Source: Salpingoeca rosetta | Lineage: Eukaryota; Protista; Choanoflagellata | DNA length: 7,886 nucleotides | Assembly (NCBI GenBank): GCA_033442325.1 | Contig: JAWQFM010000004.1 | Span: 110,023-117,908, forward strand | Direction: 5' to 3' | Part shown: one piece after another, positions 1-7,886 of the stretch | How positions within the stretch are numbered: position 1 is the stretch's first letter | Layout of the letters: each line of letters opens with the position of its first letter | The notes under the pieces: model-generated | Databases searched by the model: none | Told to the model about the DNA's origin: nothing | What the model saw: the letters and a program-made list of their open reading frames with translations, nothing else | Made by a program: the position numbers and the translations under genes

Positions 1-81
1 GTGTATGTGTGTGTGTGTCTGTCTGTGTGTGTGTGTCTGTCTGTGTGTGTGTGTGTGTGTGTGTGTCTGTCTGTCTGTGTG

Positions 82-124
<43 letters not shown>

Positions 125-210
125 GTGTGTCTATGTGTGTATGTGTGTGTATATGTGTGTGTATGTGTTTGTGTGTCTGTCTGTGTGTCTGCGTGTGTGT
201 CCATGTGTGT
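1..210 (+). repeat. Compound (GT)n/(GTCT)n microsatellite, intronic in the transporter gene
   Basis: Seen directly in the sequence. Confidence 0.95.
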
Positions 211-376
211 TTGAGTGTGAAAATGTACGTGTTGCCTTTCAGACTTCCTTCTGCCTGCACCTGTGTCCACACGTGTGATCGTGTCACCGCTGCTTGTCCA
301 ACCGCAAATCTCACAACTCCAATACCATCGCCCTCACCCTCCCCCATAATCGTCCCAACACCGTGATCACGACCAG

Positions 377-563
377 TTGTGCGGCGGCTGATGGGTGGCG
401 GCGGGTACGGCCTTGCGCTGCTGTTCATGCTCCTCTTCCTCAGCACGAGTCTCGATTGGGCCCGCCTCAAGGCATTCTGGCTCACAATGGCGCTGGGATC
501 ATCAGCCATCACCGCAGCAGGTGTGTGTCTGTCTGTCTGTGTCTGTCTGTCTGTGTCTGTCTG

Positions 564-604
<41 letters not shown>

Positions 605-1038
605 TTGGTGGTACCTCCCTTCACCTGCCCTCCCCCCTTCCACCTCCTTTTCCTTCATAGGCCACGAGGCGAACAAGCTTGACGTGGCACCGCCGGAACT
701 CACGGGATTCTTGCAGGGCCTCTCAAACACCCTCGCAGCCTTTGGCGGCGTCGTTGGTGCGTGGGCATGTGTATGTGTATGTTTCTGTACATATGTGGTT
801 TTGTGTGTGGTTTTGCTTTGCGGCCGCCTCTATCTCTGTCTCATGACAAGCACACATACATACGCACACACTTGTTTCGCTGCCGCTCCTAGGCGTTCCA
901 CTGGCTGCGCGGCTGTACGAGCGCTACCATACGTGGGGGAGCGTGTTTGGGATGCTTGCATGCATCTATGCAATCGGCGCCATCACAGCCGTTCTCTTCG
1001 CTCGCGCGGACCGAATCCCACTTGCCCAACTCTTGTAG
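377..1038 (+). CDS. SLC17 / anion:cation symporter (ACS)-like MFS transporter, C-terminal part (5' exons lie upstream of the window)
   Basis: Exons 377-520, 661-756 and 893-1038 are joined by GT-AG introns 521-660 and 757-892 with consistent phase 1. Spliced peptide: VRRLMGGGGYGLALLFMLLFLSTSLDWARLKAFWLTMALGSSAITAAG-HEANKLDVAPPELTGFLQGLSNTLAAFGGVVG-VPLAARLYERYHTWGSVFGMLACIYAIGAITAVLFARADRIPLAQLL* (TAG 1036-1038). It has several hydrophobic TM-like segments. 'NxxDVAPxxxGFLQGLSNT...GVVG' and 'WxxVF' resemble the SLC17/PHT4 C-terminal helices (recognised from memory, not searched). Confidence 0.82.
521..604 (+). repeat. (GTCT)n/(GT)n microsatellite beginning at the splice donor
   Basis: Seen directly; its first GT is the intron donor. 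Confidence 0.95.
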
Positions 1039-1048
1039 CAGGGACAAG

Positions 1049-1341
<293 letters not shown>

Positions 1342-1509
1342 CGCCGTTCATTCATATGTGTACATAACCACTAAACAACGAACAACAAGAGAAGATGCAA
1401 GCAAAGGAAGCATGTGCAAGTATGTGTGTGTGTGTGTGTGCCTGTGTGATGGTGTGCATGTGTGTGTGTGTGTGCCTGGGAATATGCAACGCGACGCCAG
1501 TGCGCATCG

Positions 1510-1787
1510 TCACTCCTCGATGGATTCGACCTCGCGGGCAGATCGGATGAGACCACGTTCCTTCTTCCCCTTCTTCTCCTTCTTCTTCTTCCCGGCCTTG
1601 CCCTGCGGTGCGTTCTTGCTCATCATCGCAGCGTGTGTGCGCCAAGTTTTGCTCGCGGCGGCGCTGGTGGTGAAGACGATGGTGGTGNNNNNNNNNNNNN
1701 NNNNNNNNNNNNNNNNNNNNNNNNNNNNNNNNNNNNNNNNNNNNNNNNNNNNNNNNNNNNNNNNNNNNNNNNNNNNNNNNNNNNNNN

Positions 1788-1858
<71 letters not shown>

Positions 1859-2276
1859 ACACATACACTCGCGCACTCGCACGCACACACACTCGCACGC
1901 ACACACACTCGCACGCACATATACACTGGCGCACACATATACACGCATGGAACCCTCCCCCTCCCCCCACCCACTCCAGCGACTGCGAGCCGTACCTGCG
2001 CCTGGATCATCTCGTGTTTCTGTCTGCGGGCGTTGTAAATCGCCTTTGGGACGTGGCGGTGGCGCGAAATGCGACGAATCTCGGGATGATGCTTGAACCG
2101 CTCCTTCAACTTCTCCCCATACCGCTGTTGTCGTCGTCGTGGTCGTGGTGGTGGTGATGGTGGTCGTGGTGGCGGTTGATGAGACAAGGGAGGGCATGTA
2201 TGGACACGTCAGAATCATGAGGGGCCAAGTGCGGTGGACGACATTCGAGCATGCACACGTGCAAACACACAAATCA

Positions 2277-2368
<92 letters not shown>

Positions 2369-3936
2369 CAAACACAACAACCACGCGACGTACGCTGGCT
2401 GCGCGTTGTCGTGCGCTCTGGGTTCCAATCTTCTCCCAGGCCGTTGCCTTCCACACGCGAATGTTCGTCTCATCGCTGCCCGATGTGATGTACTTGTTGT
2501 CGTTCGCCCACTTGACGCAGAACACGCGCTGCATGCGCTTCGTGTGATACACCTCCCTGGAACACGGTGACGGCGACACAGACGAGCGGTGAGTGACAGC
2601 GAAGATGGTGTTAATGGCCCCACGTCAATGCAAGAGGTAATCACACCACACACATGTGGATGCAGACGTGTCGCGGACAAGCACATGCCCACAACGAACA
2701 CCACAAACAATATCAACACACCACACCAAGCACAACAAGCACAACAGCCACAACGAACGAACACAGCACAACCGGCCCAGACACAGACACAGACACAGAC
2801 CTGGAGTGGCCGCTGCGGTGGTCGAAGATGCGGAGAGAGCAGTCGTACGAGGCCGTGGCAAACTCGCGCCCCGTCGGCGAATAAGAGATGTCCATTACAG
2901 CAGACACGTGGTCCTGGTGCGCCATCAGCGCGCGCTTCATCTTGCGCATGTCAAACGTGTAGCAGTTGTGGTCCTGAGGGGCACACGCGTGCAACGAGTG
3001 GCGATGGTAAAGGTGCATGGGTGTGTGGTGATGAGTGGACGTGTGAATGCGAGGGCTAATTGGGATACTTGAGGTGAGAGCGAAATGAAAGCCAGCAGTT
3101 GTAAAGGAGTATTGGTGGGCGGCAGAACACACGAGACTGTGCGCAACGCCAACCCATCAAAGGTGAAACGACAACACATGAACCGTGCCTCATGGCGTGC
3201 AGTGCATGGTACCTCGTTGGCCACGGTGAAGTTGAACGCCTCCTGCGGATTCCAGCACAGCCTGTTCGACCGCATCTCAAGCTTGATCTTCCTGCACTCG
3301 CCCACACACACACGCACACACGCACACACGCACACACACACACACACACACATGGACACGTGTTCACAAACATGCATTGATGTCAGGGAATGAATATGAG
3401 TGAGTGTTGTGTGCGGGTGTGTGTGTGTGTGTGTACGTGTGTGATAGTGTAATAGCGTGTGCGGGTGCGTGTGAATGTGTGTCTGCCGAACGCCACGTGT
3501 GTTTGGTTGCATTGTACGTGTGTGTTTGCGCACCTGATGGGTTTTGATGCGCGAATATCAAAGAGGGTGATGGAGCGGTCGTCAGCCGTCGACGCGAAGA
3601 TGTTTGTCTGCACAACAGCGAGGGGTTGAAGCCGCGTTGAAGCAAGGTGAAGTGAGGTGAGCCGGCAGGTCAACCGATGTACTCTCGTGTACACACACGC
3701 ACGCACGCACGCACACACGTAAATACACACCACTCAGACGCATGCAAATACACACAGTGCATATGCATCTCAGCCCCCCCCCCCCCGCTCACTCAATTAA
3801 CAGCCACAGCGCTCACCTCGACCATGTTGAAGACGGTGCAATTTGTGGTGTCGTGTCCCCATGTGAGGGTCTGTATCGGGTCGGCACGATGGGGACTCCA
3901 CAGCTCAACCTCAGGGCCGCCCGTCACAAACACATC

Positions 3937-4009
<73 letters not shown>

Positions 4010-5503
4010 TGTGTGTATGTGTGTATTTGTTTGTTTGTGTGTGTGTGTGTGCGTGCGCGTGTGTGTGTATGTGTGTGTCAACTGTGCGTCGAAATCGAAA
4101 TGATACAAGCACCCACACACGGGCTCAAACACAGACAGATGAGACAAATCACAGACACGCCAACAGAAGCTCAACGTGCATGTGCGCGCGTGTGGAGGAG
4201 GGACATGGTTGCATGTTTCCACACGCTTGCAGCGCATCCATGATGTTGCACAGCAAACTCACTTGATCTGTGATATGAAATGTCCTTGAAAAACGACTTG
4301 CCCAAGAGTGTTGTCTGCTCAACCTCCTCCCCCTACACAAAGGCAAGAACCACAAGCAACGAGCAACACAGGGCAGTCGGTGTCAGTGCGCGTTATGGAA
4401 GGATTCCAAGAGTCAAGGAGAGGACATATATGCTGCCACATACATACACTCACTCACACACATTCACACACATGTACTCACATGTACTCACATGTACATA
4501 CAGTCACTCACATGTACTCGCATGTACTCACATGTACTCGCATGTACTCGCATGTACATACATTCACTCACATGTACACTCACAGACTCTCTCTCTCTCA
4601 CACACACTCTCACTCACTCACTCACACACTCTCACTCACTCACTCACTGACACACTCTCTCACTCATTCACTCACTCACGCACACTCTCACTCACTCACA
4701 CACACACTCACACACTCACTCACTCACTCACTCACTCACTCACTCACTCACTCACTCACTCACTCACTCACTCACTCACTCACTCACTCACTCACTCACT
4801 CACTCACTCACTCACTCACTCACACACACACGCCATCACTCACGCTCATACGCACCAGAGTGCAGATCTTGATAGTCTTGTCCTGACCGACGGAGAGAAA
4901 GTGCTCGCCCAATGGTGTGAAGCACACGCCGTGCACAAACCCTCTGTGAACCAGCAAAGGCAGTGGTGGTGGCGGGATGAGGACGGTGTGAGTTGTTGAG
5001 CGAGGCAGACCACGTGCAGGTACTGCGCAAGGGGCACTGAATCGCAGAGGTGGCGGGCACGCGCGTTGTGTCAACACGCCACCCTTTCATCCCCAGCAGT
5101 GATCAACTATTGCACACAGGGCAACGGACTTGTGCAGTTCACGGTTGAAGAGGCACGTGCGCGACGAGAGATCCCACAGGCGCACTTCACCGTCCGCCGA
5201 GCCCGACAGCATCTGGCTGAGCTTCTTGGGATGTGATGCCATACAGTACACGCCATCGCGGTGGCCTGATAGGTGCACCAACACAACACGCAAGATGAGC
5301 AAGTAGCCGCACAACAAAGAGCAGGCAACGTGTGGGGGCAGAGACACGCGAAGCGGGTGAAGAATTGCAGTGAGTCAACAACACAAGTTATCACAACTCC
5401 ATGCTCGAACCACAGTCGCCAGCGCCCCGCATACACACGCACACGCCCGTAAACACGCACCCACCCACCCATGTACACGCACACACACACGCGCGCACAC
5501 GCG

Positions 5504-5593
<90 letters not shown>

Positions 5594-6044
5594 ATCGAGA
5601 GAGCAGATGAAAGGTTTGGCGAACACACGCTCCAGTTTGACTGTTGACATCCCAAGTGTTGTGGTGCGCGTGGCAGGGAGTGAGCTGGAATCGAAATGTG
5701 ATGGGTGGTGTTCGTGGGCAAGGCACCAACACGAGGCAGGCATCTCACGCCGCACCGGAGTTCAGGGCGCGCTTGTACTCGCGAGCAGCTTCGAAAGGGT
5801 GCAGCTCTGGGGCTGTGTTGCGCTGCATGCGCGGCAAGTCGTGCTTGCTCCTGCCGTTGCATGAAGAAGCGTGGTGGGCGGTGTGAGAAACAAGACGAGC
5901 GAGAAACGAGGGAGCAACGACAAGGCCGCAGTGTAGCTGGTGGTTGACACACACACACACACACACACAAGCACACACACACACAAGCACAACTTACTGT
6001 CGCACGACTTGATCTTCGTCGCGCCTCAACACCTTGACCTTCAT
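1510..6044 (-). CDS. DCAF13: DDB1- and CUL4-associated factor 13 / Sof1 (WD40 repeats plus Sof1 C-terminal domain; U3 snoRNP / SSU processome protein), 13 exons, about 458 aa
   Basis: Exons on the minus strand: 6044-5998, 5850-5756, 5640-5593, 5265-5130, 4943-4856, 4332-4263, 3938-3817, 3607-3534, 3291-3213, 2973-2801, 2556-2394, 2124-1996, 1663-1510. All 12 introns are GT-AG with matching phases. Translation: [96 protein letters not shown]...[25 protein letters not shown]...[30 protein letters not shown]...[18 protein letters not shown]...[13 protein letters not shown]...[26 protein letters not shown]. These are hallmark DCAF13/Sof1 motifs. The last exon needs a 1-nt correction near 1642 to end at TGA 1512-1510. 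Confidence 0.96.
1688..1787. other. Assembly gap (100 N) inside DCAF13 intron 12
   Basis: Run of N flanked on one side by a (CA)n tract. The true length is unknown. Confidence 0.99.
1788..1925 (+). repeat. (CA)n plus degenerate CA/CGCA repeats (GT-rich on the DCAF13 sense strand), intron 12
   Basis: Seen directly in the sequence. Confidence 0.95.
2278..2367 (+). repeat. (CA)~45 microsatellite, DCAF13 intron 11
   Basis: Seen directly in the sequence. Confidence 0.97.
3940..4078 (+). repeat. (GT)n microsatellite, reading (AC)n on the sense strand and abutting the DCAF13 exon 7 acceptor
   Basis: Seen directly in the sequence. Confidence 0.97.
4461..4580 (+). repeat. 10-bp minisatellite CATGTACTC(A/G), 12 units including variants, DCAF13 intron 5
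   Basis: Units fall exactly on a 10-nt register: cattcacaca catgtactca catgtactca catgtacata cagtcactca catgtactcg ... Confidence 0.92.
4581..4830 (+). repeat. (CACT)n tetranucleotide satellite with CT/CA interruptions, DCAF13 intron 5
   Basis: Seen directly; pure from about 4714 to 4821. Confidence 0.95.
5431..5592 (+). repeat. (CA)n (pure from about 5518 to 5592) plus degenerate CA/CG repeats, DCAF13 intron 3
   Basis: Seen directly; on the sense strand it starts at the donor GT. Confidence 0.95.
5947..5990 (+). repeat. Interrupted (CA)n, DCAF13 intron 1
   Basis: Seen directly in the sequence. Confidence 0.9.
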
Positions 6045-6054
6045 CGTGTCTGTG

Positions 6055-6056
<2 letters not shown>

Positions 6057-6086
<30 letters not shown>
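6057..6086 (+). repeat. (GT)15 just upstream of the DCAF13 start codon
   Basis: Seen directly in the sequence. Confidence 0.92.
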
Positions 6087-6087
<1 letters not shown>

Positions 6088-6280
6088 GCAAACACGTGTG
6101 TTGTGCGCCGGCCGGTTCAGGTGGAGCGATCGTCACTACTTTTTGTGGTGTGGAAATTCGTGACAAAACGCCTAACAGAGGAATCATGGATATTATCATG
6201 GATTTTTCGACTGGGGTATCGCTGGCCGGTAAATTCAAAAAAAGATGTTGTCGTCGTGGGAGTTCAACTCTCCCAGCCAG

Positions 6281-6544
6281 GTAAGAGAGTGAGAGGGTGG
6301 CCTGCAGAGCAGACGGCGAGGGAGACACCAAAAGTGCCTTGCAGCACGCAGCGTGTGCGATGGTGACGGCCCAGCATCACTTGTTGTCGAAGCACTTGCC
6401 AGCCCGATTGTGGGCTTGCACAAATGCGCGCGCTTTTTGAGTTGCTCACACATGTACACACGCACACACACATGTACGCCTGCACACACACACACACACG
6501 CGCACACATGATGGACGATGCAAGGGAGAGGATTCAAACAACAG
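6281..6544 (+). other. Putative 5'UTR (or first) intron of the hypothetical gene
   Basis: Strong donor CAG|gtaaga at 6281. A CA-rich tract follows, then aacag|taccgcaATG with the acceptor at 6543-6544. Confidence 0.45.
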
Positions 6545-6551
6545 TACCGCA

Positions 6552-7339
6552 ATGTCCACCTCTGAAAAGGGGAAAACCAAAGAGCCTGAGCTCATGACAA
6601 GCCTGCCGACAAACGTGGTGGGCTATTGTTTGGGTTGTGTGCAAACGTGTGGCGAGAGCCCGAGAGGGCGCGTGTATGAGTGTATGGTTCTGTCCATGTA
6701 CATGTGCTCACCTGTTTATGTGTGAGTGTGTGCACCTGTGTGTATGTTTATGTATGTGTGCATGTGTGTGTGCGTGTGTGCACTCGGAAACCATCATCAC
6801 CGCCCTCTTGGCGCCAAAATTGTCTACGTGCACACCAACCATAATCTCACTTTGTGGGCACCTGCTGTACCTTGTTCAATCGACTCGTCCTCTTTCCTTT
6901 CAGGCTGGCGTTCTTGCGCGCGCATATCTGCAAGCAGCAATGAAAGAGTACGAGAGCCTTTTCAAGGGCACTCTGCAAGACTGCACGGTATCATACCGCG
7001 CCTTCGCCGAGCAGATCAGCACAATTGCAGGCCGGCATGGGATCGAAATCAGTTCACCCGGCCCTCTCGACAACGAACCCAACGTCAGGGATTATGTCGA
7101 CATCATGCTGGAGGAGCCCTTCACCGACAACATCAAGGCCCTGCTTGAGCAAGTCCGCAGTGTGCTGGATGAAACGACGCCGACGCCACAGGTGACCTTG
7201 AGGGTTGCACAAGGGTTCCTTCAGAAGCTTGACAACGTGACACGCAAAGGGCTGTCTAAAGAGCAACGGCAGTTTCGACAAGGTGCGCCTGTCTCACTCA
7301 GCCTTGCATGTGCGGCTGCGTGACCAAATGGGCTGATGC

Positions 7340-7415
<76 letters not shown>

Positions 7416-7700
7416 ATCGGTGTTGTTAGATTACTGCGAGCGGCCCTGCGCTTGGGTACTCTGGTTGACTGACACGTTGCTGGCGGATTGTTTTGAACTC
7501 ATATTGGCTGTTTGGTGTGGTTCGTGTAGATTTGGAGTCAAGCGTGACCCCCAGCAGCGCTGCCAAGGAGAAGGAGAAGGACAAGGACTCGGCCCACAGA
7601 ACAGTCTATGCGCAGCCGTTCTCTGCCGAGCTTCTCTGCCCCAACTGGCACCTGCACAACAAAGGGTTTCAACGGGCAGTCGATGAGGGCACAAACACGG
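6552..7700 (+). CDS. Hypothetical protein, N-terminal exons (continues beyond the window)
   Basis: Probable exons: 6552-6617 (MSTSEKGKTKEPELMTSLPTNV, donor gtgggc at 6618; alternative at 6615), 6904-7282 (after tctttcctttcag; AGVLARAYLQAAMKEYESLFKG...KGLSKEQRQFRQ, donor gtgcgc) and 7530-7700 (DLESSVTPSSAAKEKEKDKDSAHRTVYAQPFSAELLCPNWHLHNKGFQRAVDEGTNT, donor gtaagg at 7701). Phases are consistent and the non-repetitive coding-like blocks sit between GT-rich introns. No family recognised. The start codon and the last donor are less certain. Confidence 0.72.
7342..7414 (+). repeat. (GT)~36 microsatellite, intron of the hypothetical gene
   Basis: Seen directly in the sequence. Confidence 0.96.
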
Positions 7701-7886
7701 GTAAGGTCGTTGTCGAGCATGTGCTTGCTTGCTGTGTACACGTGTACATGTGAGCGTCCTTTCCACGAGAGAACGTGGCACATGCGTGTGCGTGTGTGTG
7801 TTTGTGTGTCGGTGCTGACGCATGGTGGTTGAGTCTTTGGCGCTCGTGCGCGGGTGTGCTGGCACTGGAAGGGAATACCTCTCTGT

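Larger units (their letters stand above)
6045..6551. promoter_or_regulatory. Divergent (head-to-head) intergenic region, putative bidirectional promoter and 5'UTRs
   Basis: 507 bp lie between the DCAF13 ATG (6044, -) and the hypothetical gene ATG (6552, +). It has a repeat-free, comparatively AT-rich core at about 6135-6245. Promoter function is inferred from position only. Confidence 0.55.

Noticed and set aside
243-376. Additional transporter exon after tttcag at 237-242
   Set aside because: The translation is not transporter-like and there is no convincing donor. The sequence resembles the C/A-rich 3' halves of other introns.
4461-4830. Possible CRISPR array or telomeric repeat
   Set aside because: There are no unique spacers and no cas genes. 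The locus is eukaryotic and intronic, and the unit is not TTAGGG-like.
5035-5101. SECIS element (ATGA...GA stem-loop)
   Set aside because: It is intronic rather than in a 3'UTR. The helix register is off, there is no apical AA motif, and there is no in-frame TGA in the gene.
1664-5997. Intronic box C/D snoRNAs in DCAF13
   Set aside because: By eye I found no RTGATGA...CTGA pair on the sense strand of any intron. The gap could not be examined.
1510-6044. DCAF13 as a pseudogene because of the frameshift
   Set aside because: The other 12 exons are intact with conserved motifs and phases. The single lesion lies next to an assembly gap.
6034-6552. Independent small ORFs in the intergenic region (6034-6366, 6041-6331, 6235-6552)
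   Set aside because: They are partly repeat-derived, have no recognisable motifs, and overlap the inferred promoter and UTRs.

Overview
Intron-rich eukaryotic genomic DNA saturated with (GT/CA)n, (GTCT)n and (CACT)n microsatellites. The style suggests a choanoflagellate such as Salpingoeca, which is an inference only. Almost all ORFs in the supplied track are microsatellite artefacts. Manual splicing gives three genes. (1) + strand: the last three coding exons (377-1038) of an SLC17/anion:cation-symporter-like MFS transporter. (2) - strand: a complete 13-exon DCAF13/SOF1 WD40 ribosome-biogenesis gene (6044->1510, about 458 aa), with an apparent 1-nt frameshift in the last exon beside a 100-N gap. 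(3) + strand: the first exons of a divergently transcribed protein I do not recognise (6552 onward). I found no prokaryotic-type system, mobile element or RNA gene. The most interesting signal is intron architecture. Several splice sites are made of, or abut, microsatellites. Several acceptors lack a polypyrimidine tract. In several introns the 5' and 3' ends are complementary, which suggests RNA-structure-assisted splicing. There is also a likely 3'UTR intron and a tandem array of GTGAGT donor look-alikes.
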